From: Rubripirellula sp.
GTDB lineage: Bacteria > Planctomycetota > Planctomycetia > Pirellulales > Pirellulaceae
DNA: 64,000 nucleotides
Assembly: GCA_965216875.1 (NCBI GenBank)
Contig: OZ244207.1
Coordinates: 6,944,001-7,008,000 of the forward strand
Direction of reading: 5' to 3'
Made by a program: the position numbers and the translations under genes. Positions 28,906 to 37,439 of the stretch are shown piece by piece. The notes beneath the pieces were generated by a model. The model had not been told where the DNA came from and did no database searches. It saw only the letters and a list, made by a program, of their open reading frames with translations. Position 1 is the stretch's first letter. Every line of letters begins with the position of its first letter.

Positions 28906-29439
28906 ATGAGCCAAGAAAAACGTTCGCGCCGTCTACTTCAATTTGAATCACTTTCCGATACGGTTGCCGAAGCGCACCGTTTGCGCGATGGCGGCTATCA
29001 AATGGTTGGCAATTGGAATCTCGGTCAGGCGTGCAGTCACTTGACGAAGACATTGCGTATGTCGGTCGAAGGCGCGCCCTTTAGCCTTCCCTTTTTCATG
29101 CGCCCCATCGCCCGCGCCTTGGTTCTCGGCAAGGTCATGAATGGCGCACCGACCGGTTTGCCGCTGAAAACGGTCAAGGTATTGCAGCCAGACGAATCGA
29201 TCGATGTTGATGCCGAGGTTGATCAATATGAACAGTTGGTTGCGAAGATCATGGATCCTTCGGCATCGTTGATCGAGAAACATCCCGTGTTCGGCAAGTT
29301 CACCGTACAAGAGTGGCGAACGTTTCATGCCTGGCACACAGCCCACCATTTCAGTTACCTGCTTCCCGAATCTTCGACTCATCGGGAAGCGGTAACTGAC
29401 TCGGGCGCCGGGGCAAGTTCCGTCGCCCAGCCGGCATAA
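28906..29439 (+). CDS. DUF1569 (DinB-like) protein
   Basis: GNWNLGQACSHL ... HPVFG.FT..EW...H..H.AHHFSYL. Confidence 0.85.
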   Translation: MSQEKRSRRLLQFESLSDTVAEAHRLRDGGYQMVGNWNLGQACSHLTKTLRMSVEGAPFSLPFFMRPIARALVLGKVMNGAPTGLPLKTVKVLQPDESIDVDAEVDQYEQLVAKIMDPSASLIEKHPVFGKFTVQEWRTFHAWHTAHHFSYLLPESSTHREAVTDSGAGASSVAQPA

Positions 29440-29487
29440 CTCGCTTCGGCCATCCGCCGCAAATCGCGAAACACACAACTTGGAGTA

Positions 29488-30231
29488 ATGAGAATGCGAA
29501 CGCTAGTCGCTTTACCCGTCTACAACGAAGCCATGCACGTTGATCGAGTGTTAGACGAAGTGGGTCGTTATGCCGAAAACGTCCTTGTGGTCGATGACGG
29601 CTCGACGGATGGTACCGGCGAGATTCTGTCGCGTCGGCTAGGCATCAACGGAACGCGGGTTGTCAGTCATTCGACAAACTACGGCTACGGTGCGGCGCTG
29701 CACACTGCCTTTGATTACGCGGCGAGCCATCAGTTTGATGTGTTGGTGACGATCGACTGCGATGGTCAACACCAGCCGCATCGTATTCCGTTGTTTGTTG
29801 ACGCGGTGAACAATTGCGACGTGGTTTCTGGGAGCCGCTACCTGCACCGGTTCAACGAAGACACGGCTCCGCCTGAAGACAGGATGCGTGTCAATCGAAT
29901 CATCACCACCGAGCTCAAAGAGCGATTGCGTCTACATTTGACTGACAGTTTTTGTGGATTCAAAGCGTACCGAGTGGACGCGATCAAGAATCTCTCGCTG
30001 GTCGAACCGGGTTACGCAATGCCGCTTGAGTTTTGGGTCGAAGCGGTCGCAGCAGGTTTGCGCGTCCGCGAAATGCCAGTGCCGCTGATCTACTTAGAAG
30101 AAGAGCGTTCGTTTGGTGGTTCGCTCGATCACACCGACACGCGTTTGCAACACTACCGCGATGTCTTGGATCGAAGTGTCCGCCGAGTTCAGGTTCGGGG
30201 TGAAGTTTCAAGCAACTCGCTTGGAGTCTAG
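29488..30231 (+). CDS. GT2 glycosyltransferase (soluble, DPM1-like)
   Basis: LPVYNE, VVDDGSTDGT, NYGYGAAL, TIDCDGQH, GSRY, TDSFCGFKAY. Confidence 0.9.
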   Translation: MRMRTLVALPVYNEAMHVDRVLDEVGRYAENVLVVDDGSTDGTGEILSRRLGINGTRVVSHSTNYGYGAALHTAFDYAASHQFDVLVTIDCDGQHQPHRIPLFVDAVNNCDVVSGSRYLHRFNEDTAPPEDRMRVNRIITTELKERLRLHLTDSFCGFKAYRVDAIKNLSLVEPGYAMPLEFWVEAVAAGLRVREMPVPLIYLEEERSFGGSLDHTDTRLQHYRDVLDRSVRRVQVRGEVSSNSLGV

Positions 30232-30234
30232 TCG

Positions 30235-31119
30235 ATGTTTGCATGCGAAGATTGCCTTAGTTTTCTGCCGCTCTCTGGAGACACTCTCTTCCGAGGGGGC
30301 GCCGCGCAAAACGCTTGCCCCATCAGCAATGCCGCGCCGATCAGCCATGCGGCAGGTGATCCCGTTTGGCATTCGCTGAAATGCGAAGCCTCGGATCTTG
30401 CGCAGCGCGAGCCGGTGATGGCAAGCACGTTACAGCACATCGTCACTTCGCGCGATTCGATCGCAGAGGGTTTGGTTGCGTTGCTCAGTCAGCGACTCGC
30501 AAATCGCGATCTGGATGAAGCAGCACTGTTCGAACTTTTGCAAAAGCGTGTTGGTGAGGATGTGACTTTTGCTTCGGAGGCCGAGGCGGACTTGTTGGCG
30601 ATCGGCAATCGCGACCCAGCCGTTTCGGGTTTGTTGCACCCGATGCTGAACTTCAAGGGGTTTCATGCCATTGAAGCCTCGCGGATCGCGCATCGGCTCT
30701 ACACCGACGGACGAAAGGAGCTTGCGTTCTTTTTGCAGAATCGAATCAGTGATGTGTTTGGTGTTGACGTGCATCCCGCCGCCAAGCTTGGTCGAGGCAT
30801 TTTGTTTGATCATGCAACGGGGATCGTGATCGGAGAAACCGCGGTCGTGGGAAACGACGTCACGATTCTGCACGGAGTGACCTTGGGCGGTACTGGAAAG
30901 ACGGGTGGTGATCGGCATCCAAAGGTCGGCAACGGCGTGTTTATCGGAGCGTCGTGTCAGCTCTTGGGAAACATTTCCATCGGCGATGACGTGAAGATCG
31001 GTGCGGGCAGCGTTGTCCTGAAAGATGTCGACTCTCACTGCACCGTGGCTGGTGTTCCGGCCAAAGTGGTGCGGCGCAATGATTCGCCGGCGCCCGCTGT
31101 CATTCCCTTTCGCAGGTAG
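30235..31119 (+). CDS. cysE: Serine O-acetyltransferase
   Basis: RDPA, FKGFHA, VDVHPAA.LG.GILFDHATGIVIGETAV, GVTLGGTGK.GGDRHPK, GVPAK; start uncertain. Confidence 0.95.
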   Translation: MFACEDCLSFLPLSGDTLFRGGAAQNACPISNAAPISHAAGDPVWHSLKCEASDLAQREPVMASTLQHIVTSRDSIAEGLVALLSQRLANRDLDEAALFELLQKRVGEDVTFASEAEADLLAIGNRDPAVSGLLHPMLNFKGFHAIEASRIAHRLYTDGRKELAFFLQNRISDVFGVDVHPAAKLGRGILFDHATGIVIGETAVVGNDVTILHGVTLGGTGKTGGDRHPKVGNGVFIGASCQLLGNISIGDDVKIGAGSVVLKDVDSHCTVAGVPAKVVRRNDSPAPAVIPFRR

Positions 31120-31246
31120 CTTCCAATTCGCTAGCGAATCTCACGTCGCCTCCGATTTCTTTACTTGTTCTCGCGCATGATCTAGCATTCCGATAGGGGT
31201 GATGGTGGGTCTCTGTGGGTCAATGTGAGCAATCGAGGTGGTTGGA

Positions 31247-33268
31247 ATGCACTTGAGGAATCCTTATGCGCTTGTGCGACGTTTATGCGTGCTTCTGCTT
31301 GTTTGTCTCTGGTTGATTTCCGCTCATTCGGTTGCATGGTGTGACGATTCGAACGTAGACAAGCTTGACGCCCAAGGCTTTTCGTTGCTCCACCGGGCGG
31401 CAATGAAGGGCGATGCGACGGCGATCGAAGCGCTGCTCGAAGAGAATGCCGACGTTGAAGTACAGCAAGGGACCTACAAAGGAGCTCCGCTTCAATACGC
31501 TGCGGCGCGAGGGCATTTAGATGCGATGCGCTTGTTGATCGAGGCCGAAGCGGACTTAAATGCCGTCGACACCGCGGGGCGAACGCCATTGATGTGGGCG
31601 GCGATGAAGGGGCAATCGGAAGCGGCCGCGCTGTTGATCGCGTCGAAGTGCGACCTCACGCTCGTCTCTTTGAACGGGTGGACGCCGGTCGACTTTGCAA
31701 TCGACAAAGAGCACGCCGCGACTGCCGAGATGCTGATTAACGTTGGAATCAAGCAAACTCGTCAGCCGCCCGAAAAGAAAGAGCCGATCCCGTGGGATCT
31801 CGCCAACGACATCAATCGATTGAACGAGAGAGGTTTTTCGGCGTTGCATGATGCCGTCATGCAGAACAAGCCTCTGCGAGTGGTCGAGTTGCTTTCGATG
31901 GGGGCGGACGTCAACGTGCGTCAGGGAACCTACGAAGGGACGCCGCTTCAATACGCTGCTTCCGGTGGACATCGCGAAGTGGTGCAACTGTTGATTCAGG
32001 CCAAAGCGAATCTCGACTTGCACGACACGCATGGTCGAACGCCGATGATGTGGGCCGCACAGAAACGTCAAGCTGCCGTGGTGAGTCAACTGATCAAAGC
32101 AGGAGCGGATGTGAACGCGACCGCCAAAGGGGGTTGGACGGCCCTGCGGTATGCCAGGCAAGCTGACGATACGCTCTCTGCCGAACTGCTGATCGCAGCC
32201 GGTGCCAAAGATGGGACGAAAGACAAAAACGCAACGCAACCGCGCGATGCGGCTCACGCGCTTTCTGATGTGCATGCGATGTATCAATCGCCACAGCCCT
32301 TCATCTCACCAAAGTCATTGCATTGGCAAGACATCCGGCCAACCGAGCTTGACGTCAATGTCCGAGTTCCAGGTCAAACGCATCGTCACGGAAACAACGT
32401 GACACTCTCCATCATGATTGACAATGCAACTGGTAAGCCGATTCAAAGTGCACTCACGCACGAGTGGCACGGAGGGCTGTGGCCTCCAACGGATTTGTAT
32501 GCTTCGGTGACACCGGTTGGCAGCAACAAGATGGCGGCCTTTGCCCCGGTTTACCTCAATGGTGAAACCGATGGCTCGTCCAAACCGAAAAGCCTCAACG
32601 CTGGCAAGCACAGCGACGTCGTCTTACGAATGGATTGGCCCGGTACCGGCTCGGTGCACGGCAGCCCGCTGATGAGTGAAAAACGTGGCAGCAGCTATTT
32701 GGTTGCCGTGATGTTGGTTTTCGAAGTTGACGGCAACACCCAGTACACCGTTAGCAAGTTGACGAAAGTGATGCTTGCGAGTGCGAAAAAGGAGGCGTCA
32801 AACGATTCGAGCCAAGCTGTTTCGCCGATCTCGCCGAAGGAGGTTGCGCGACGAAAAAAGATCTACAACGAACAGCTTCTTTTTCTTGAGCTTCCTGAAA
32901 CCCATTTGCCAACCGGTTTTTCCAAAATCCCACAGTTGCCCGTGGTGGTCCTACCAGGGGCTTCGCCAGCCGATGACGCCTATTTTCGGTTGGTCTCGGC
33001 GTTTGTCGGAGGCATCGAAAAGGTTGGCGGCAAAGCGGACGCAGCACTGATCGCCGGGTGGACCGGCGGGGAAGGTCAAGAGACATCCGAGATCGGAGTC
33101 TATGCGTTACATTTTGAAGACGAGGCCGATGCAAAAGCGCTCGCCCGTGCTGGCCTCGTTCAAAAAGGCAACTTGCTGATGTATTTTTGGCAGGACGAGG
33201 TGGGGGCTGAAGCACTGAAGCGTGTTCGAAATCACTTCGAGCAAAAACCGCTGATTCCAAAGCCGTAG
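31247..33268 (+). CDS. Secreted ankyrin-repeat protein with two unrecognised C-terminal regions
   Basis: Signal peptide; two ankyrin blocks (GRTPLMWAA, GTPLQYAA..GH). Confidence 0.85.
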   Translation: MHLRNPYALVRRLCVLLLVCLWLISAHSVAWCDDSNVDKLDAQGFSLLHRAAMKGDATAIEALLEENADVEVQQGTYKGAPLQYAAARGHLDAMRLLIEAEADLNAVDTAGRTPLMWAAMKGQSEAAALLIASKCDLTLVSLNGWTPVDFAIDKEHAATAEMLINVGIKQTRQPPEKKEPIPWDLANDINRLNERGFSALHDAVMQNKPLRVVELLSMGADVNVRQGTYEGTPLQYAASGGHREVVQLLIQAKANLDLHDTHGRTPMMWAAQKRQAAVVSQLIKAGADVNATAKGGWTALRYARQADDTLSAELLIAAGAKDGTKDKNATQPRDAAHALSDVHAMYQSPQPFISPKSLHWQDIRPTELDVNVRVPGQTHRHGNNVTLSIMIDNATGKPIQSALTHEWHGGLWPPTDLYASVTPVGSNKMAAFAPVYLNGETDGSSKPKSLNAGKHSDVVLRMDWPGTGSVHGSPLMSEKRGSSYLVAVMLVFEVDGNTQYTVSKLTKVMLASAKKEASNDSSQAVSPISPKEVARRKKIYNEQLLFLELPETHLPTGFSKIPQLPVVVLPGASPADDAYFRLVSAFVGGIEKVGGKADAALIAGWTGGEGQETSEIGVYALHFEDEADAKALARAGLVQKGNLLMYFWQDEVGAEALKRVRNHFEQKPLIPKP

Positions 33269-33364
33269 GGTGTGCTCGCACGCAACAAAAAATCAACATC
33301 TGCGGAGTTTGTGCAAGCACACACCGGTCAAGAATCGAGTTGTGCGTGCAAGCACACACCCTAC
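33265..33364. repeat. GTAG-type REP doublet (inverted pair plus internal partial copy)
   Basis: GTAGGGTGTGCTCGCACGCAACAA (33265) and inverted TTGTGCGTGCAAGCACACACCCTAC (33340-33364); partial GTGCAAGCACACACC at 33311. Confidence 0.7.
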
Positions 33365-33437
33365 TTGGGTGAACCCTGTTTGGGCATTGGTGTCTGCGTC
33401 AGAAACCCCTGTTGGCTCGAACATCTGATACTGACGC

Positions 33438-34361
33438 ATGCTTGCTCTCGTCCTGAACATCTTCTTTGCGTCAGTGTTTACCCTTTGCATCAAATGGGTG
33501 CAGCAGCGAAGACGCGAAGACGTATTTACGGTTGGAGCGATCAACTACATCGTTGCTGGGTTGATGAGTCTTCCCGAGTGCGTCGGGAACCAGCCTGAAA
33601 CGATCAGTCTCAGTGCCGTTTGGACCGGTGCGCTGATGGGCGGGTGTTATTTCATCGCTTACTTCTTTGTCGCACGAGCCATCACGCATGTGGGGGCCGC
33701 GAGTACGACGGGGATCGCCGTGTTGTCGATCTTGGTCCCGATCGTTTGTGGCGTTGCCATCTGGGATGAGCGGCCGAACATCGTGCAGGTCCTTGGTGTG
33801 GTCTTGGCGCTGACGTCGCTGACTTTGATTGGCAGCAATCCCCAGGATGCCGATTCGTCTGGCAAGAGTGACGACTTGCTTGGCGCGGAGGGAGTGTCCA
33901 TGAGCGAGCCACCCAAGCGTGATAAGGACGATCGCAAGGTGATCGTGTTTGTGTTGGTGACGTTTTTTGCTCTCGCCGGGCTCAGCCGACTGGCCCAGGA
34001 GGCGTTCAAACACGTTTCGACGCCGGATCAGCGTCCCATCTTTCTCATCTCGGCGTTCGCGCTGGCCTCCATTCCCTCGGTCGCAATGCTGATTTATCGC
34101 CGCAGGCCTATCCTGCCGGTCGAGGTCGCAATCGGTGTCTTGATGGGGGCGTCGAACATCTTGCAGTCGCACTATATCCTGAAGGCGCTCGAGGTATTTG
34201 ACGGATTCATCGTCTTTCCGGTCGTGAGTGCGGGGAGTTTGATGTTCACAACCGTCGTGGCGACCCGCTTGATGGGCGAACGACTGAGCGGTCGCTCGCG
34301 TAGTGGCATCGTGTTGGCAGTAGCCGCTTTGTTTCTGTTGAACTACCTGCCCACAACCTGA
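33438..34361 (+). CDS. EamA/DMT-family transporter
   Basis: About 10 TM helices in two repeats; WDERP...Q..G..LAL and MGERLS....G..LA. Confidence 0.88.
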   Translation: MLALVLNIFFASVFTLCIKWVQQRRREDVFTVGAINYIVAGLMSLPECVGNQPETISLSAVWTGALMGGCYFIAYFFVARAITHVGAASTTGIAVLSILVPIVCGVAIWDERPNIVQVLGVVLALTSLTLIGSNPQDADSSGKSDDLLGAEGVSMSEPPKRDKDDRKVIVFVLVTFFALAGLSRLAQEAFKHVSTPDQRPIFLISAFALASIPSVAMLIYRRRPILPVEVAIGVLMGASNILQSHYILKALEVFDGFIVFPVVSAGSLMFTTVVATRLMGERLSGRSRSGIVLAVAALFLLNYLPTT

Positions 34362-34435
34362 TCATCATCCAGCGGTGAATCGGGATCCGCGGAAGGTTGC
34401 AATGCCGAGCGGAACGAAGTTTCAATGGATCACGT

Positions 34436-37400
34436 ATGTTCAACCGATTGGCATTCCAAGCAGCTCGACCGTTACCGCATCGTCACGCGACGTACGTCCT
34501 TGCCGCATTCTTGATCGGCGTCAGTGTTTTCGGTTGCGGGAAGAAGTCGGACGACGGCCAAGCCGGTACGGGTGAGTCGCAAAGCTTGAGTTTGGCTGAG
34601 AAACGTCAGCGAGCCTATGACCTGGCGCGGGTTGGACAGAACGACCAGGCCATGGCGTTGATCCAAGAGCTCATGATTGCGGATCCCGAAGACATGCAGG
34701 CGATGTCGCTGGCAGTTGAGATTCATGCTCGTAGTGGACGCTTTGCAGAGGCTGCCGAGTTGGGGGGGAAGGTCGCGTCACATGATTCGTCGACGGGGCC
34801 CGATCTGCTGGTTCGTGTGTTTGGTTGGCACATGCAACTGCGCGATTTTTCCGCTGCCGAGCGCGCCTTGTTGGCTGCAATCGAATTGAACGGCGACCAC
34901 ATTCAATCACGCCGTTTGCTTGCACAGCTCTACAACGGTCAAGGTCGACGTTTCGAAGCGAGCCGCCACGTTCGCCAATTGATGCGGCTTAGCGTTGCGA
35001 CGCGCGAAGAAGCTTTGAGTTTGATTGATCTCTCCTATCCCTTTCAATTGGTTTCGTACGATCCGCTGATTGACCCGAAAGTGACCACGCTGTTTCTGCT
35101 TGGCAACGCCAAGCGTGACTATTCGGTGCAGCTCAAACGCGACAACGTGCTGGACCTTGTGCGACGCATTCGCAAACGATTCCCCGAAAATGTTTCGGCC
35201 GCTACGTTCGAAGGTCGTGTGCTGATCGAATCGGGTGATGCGGAGCAGTTCGAGTCTTGGCTAGGAGGTCTGCCGAGTGGGGTTGATGAGCATCCCGAAT
35301 ATTGGAGCGTTTTGGGCCAATGGTTGACCTCGATCGACGACCACCCCGGTGCGATTCGTGCGTACAGCGAAGCCGTCCTGCGTGATCCGACCGATCGTAA
35401 TTCTTTGCGTGGCTTGGCGGTTGCGCTCGACGCCGAGGGGCAAGAACAGCATGCGAATCGTTGCCGTGAGAGTTTGGCAACACTCGACAAAGTGTTTCGT
35501 ATTGCGAAGGACGCCGATGCCGAGCAAGCGAAATGGATAGGTGAACAACTTCAAGAGCAGCTTCGCCTCTGGGAATCGGCGGCATGGTTTTTGTATTCGG
35601 CTCAATTGGATGGTTCGATCGCGACCTACCTGCCGCAGTTGCAGGCACGCCATCAACAGGTGCGCGACTGGGAACAAAAAGCGAGTGTTCAGCAGATTGC
35701 TGAGGCACGTCTGGAACGCATTGTGGGTGTCAAGTTGGACCAATGGGAGCTGCCCGATATCGCCAAGGGAATCTCGAAACGCTCGGGTGATGTTGATGGC
35801 ACGGCGTCAAACGTTCTCAAGCTCGCTGAGGTGGCCGCAAGTGTTGGATTGACGCCCGCGTTTGAGATTGGATTCCCACTTGATGGCGGCAAGTTCTTTC
35901 CGCATCAAGTCAATGGCAGCGGGATTGCGGTCGTCGACTACGACCTCGATGGAAAGAGTGATGTTTATTTTGGACAGAACGGAGGGCATCCACTTAAACC
36001 GGAAACGATTCCAGCAAATCAATTGTTCCGGTTACAAGCGGGGCGTTTTCAAGACGTGACGACCGACTCGAATTCGGGAGACCGCGGGTTCGCTCAAGGT
36101 GTGTGCGTTGGCGATATCAACCAGGATGGCTTTCCCGACCTGCTGATTGCCAACATTGGTGTCAACCGTGTGCTGATCAACCAAGGCGACGGCACGTTTC
36201 GGATGGATCCCCTGGTTTATCCGAACGAGTCGAAGTGGACTTCATCGCTCGCGCTCGGCGACCTCAATGGTGATCATGTTCCCGACTTGTTCGAAGTGAA
36301 TTACATCGATGATCCCGATGTGTTTCAAACGCAATGCGATCAAGACTATCTTGCGTGCCAACCGCAGCGATTCCGTGTGGCATCGGACGTTGCCTACACA
36401 GGTGACCCGTCGGGAAGGATGCGGGTGTGGGGCGAAATGACTGATCGCATCGCCAAGACGTCGAGGCTTGGTTTTGGGGCAGTCGTGGCCAACTTTGATC
36501 GCAAGCATGGAAACGATGTCTTCGTGAGCAATGACGCTGACCCTAACAACTATTGGACGAGCCAAGTCGAGGGTGCGTCTCAAGTCGAAGGGGCGACGGG
36601 TGCGTCTCGATTCACTTTGATTGACTCAGCAGATGTCGCGGGATGTGGTGTCGGACGATCAGGCGAAAGCCAGGCGTGTATGGGGATCGCCATGGGCGAC
36701 TTTGATCGCAATCAAACGCTCGATTTGCACGTCACGAACTTTCACAACGAACCGGCGAACCTATTCTTGCAGAATCGATCCGGTTTTTTCTTGGACGATG
36801 CGGCACAGTATCAGCTCTACCAGCCGTCAACCGGCGTGCTCGGGTTCGGAACGCAAGCGGCCGATTTTGACAATGACGGCTGGTTGGATTTGGCCGTTTT
36901 GAATGGGCACGTTTTTGATGCTCGTCGCGAGGGAACGCCGTTTCGAATGTTGCCTCAATTGTTCCGCGGCGGCAAACGTGGGTTTGCTTTGCAGACCCAG
37001 GATGACGACGAAAAACTCGGTTCGTATTGGAATCAGCCGCAACTTGGGCGAGTGCTTGCGACGGTCGATTGGAATCGCGATGGAGCGATCGACCTCTTGG
37101 CCAGTCATCTCGATTGGAGTCCCGCACTGCTTGAGAATCAGACCGCGGTCGGCAACTGGATTCAATTCGAGTTGGTGGGGGTGACGAGTGAACGCGATGC
37201 GATCGGAGCGGAGGTTGCCTTGTCGGCTGGCGATGAGCGTTGGACCGGGTGGCAGACCGGAGGTGACGGCTTGATGGGAACGAACGAGCCGGTCATTCAC
37301 ATTGGACTTGGAACGACCACATCGATAGATCCGATCACCATTGCTTGGCCGAGCGGAAAGTCGCAAACCGTCGAAGTGACAGACGTGAACTGCCGCTATT

Positions 37401-37438
37401 TGGTCGTCGAAGGGCAACAGGCAATGAAACGCCACTGA
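34436..37438 (+). CDS. TPR + FG-GAP (VCBS/CRTAC1-like) + ASPIC/UnbV lipoprotein
   Basis: Lipobox VFGC; TPR region; DYDLDG, GDINQDGFPDL, MGIAMGDFD; C-terminal RDAIGAEV...GGDG...HIGLG...WPSG. Confidence 0.9.
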   Translation: MFNRLAFQAARPLPHRHATYVLAAFLIGVSVFGCGKKSDDGQAGTGESQSLSLAEKRQRAYDLARVGQNDQAMALIQELMIADPEDMQAMSLAVEIHARSGRFAEAAELGGKVASHDSSTGPDLLVRVFGWHMQLRDFSAAERALLAAIELNGDHIQSRRLLAQLYNGQGRRFEASRHVRQLMRLSVATREEALSLIDLSYPFQLVSYDPLIDPKVTTLFLLGNAKRDYSVQLKRDNVLDLVRRIRKRFPENVSAATFEGRVLIESGDAEQFESWLGGLPSGVDEHPEYWSVLGQWLTSIDDHPGAIRAYSEAVLRDPTDRNSLRGLAVALDAEGQEQHANRCRESLATLDKVFRIAKDADAEQAKWIGEQLQEQLRLWESAAWFLYSAQLDGSIATYLPQLQARHQQVRDWEQKASVQQIAEARLERIVGVKLDQWELPDIAKGISKRSGDVDGTASNVLKLAEVAASVGLTPAFEIGFPLDGGKFFPHQVNGSGIAVVDYDLDGKSDVYFGQNGGHPLKPETIPANQLFRLQAGRFQDVTTDSNSGDRGFAQGVCVGDINQDGFPDLLIANIGVNRVLINQGDGTFRMDPLVYPNESKWTSSLALGDLNGDHVPDLFEVNYIDDPDVFQTQCDQDYLACQPQRFRVASDVAYTGDPSGRMRVWGEMTDRIAKTSRLGFGAVVANFDRKHGNDVFVSNDADPNNYWTSQVEGASQVEGATGASRFTLIDSADVAGCGVGRSGESQACMGIAMGDFDRNQTLDLHVTNFHNEPANLFLQNRSGFFLDDAAQYQLYQPSTGVLGFGTQAADFDNDGWLDLAVLNGHVFDARREGTPFRMLPQLFRGGKRGFALQTQDDDEKLGSYWNQPQLGRVLATVDWNRDGAIDLLASHLDWSPALLENQTAVGNWIQFELVGVTSERDAIGAEVALSAGDERWTGWQTGGDGLMGTNEPVIHIGLGTTTSIDPITIAWPSGKSQTVEVTDVNCRYLVVEGQQAMKRH

Positions 37439-37439
37439 T

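Noticed and set aside
36560..36610. Micro-duplication SQVEGA-SQVEGA, and the LPDEALPEKGLPDEP repeat near 44090
   Set aside because: Short in-frame linker or loop duplications with no further structure
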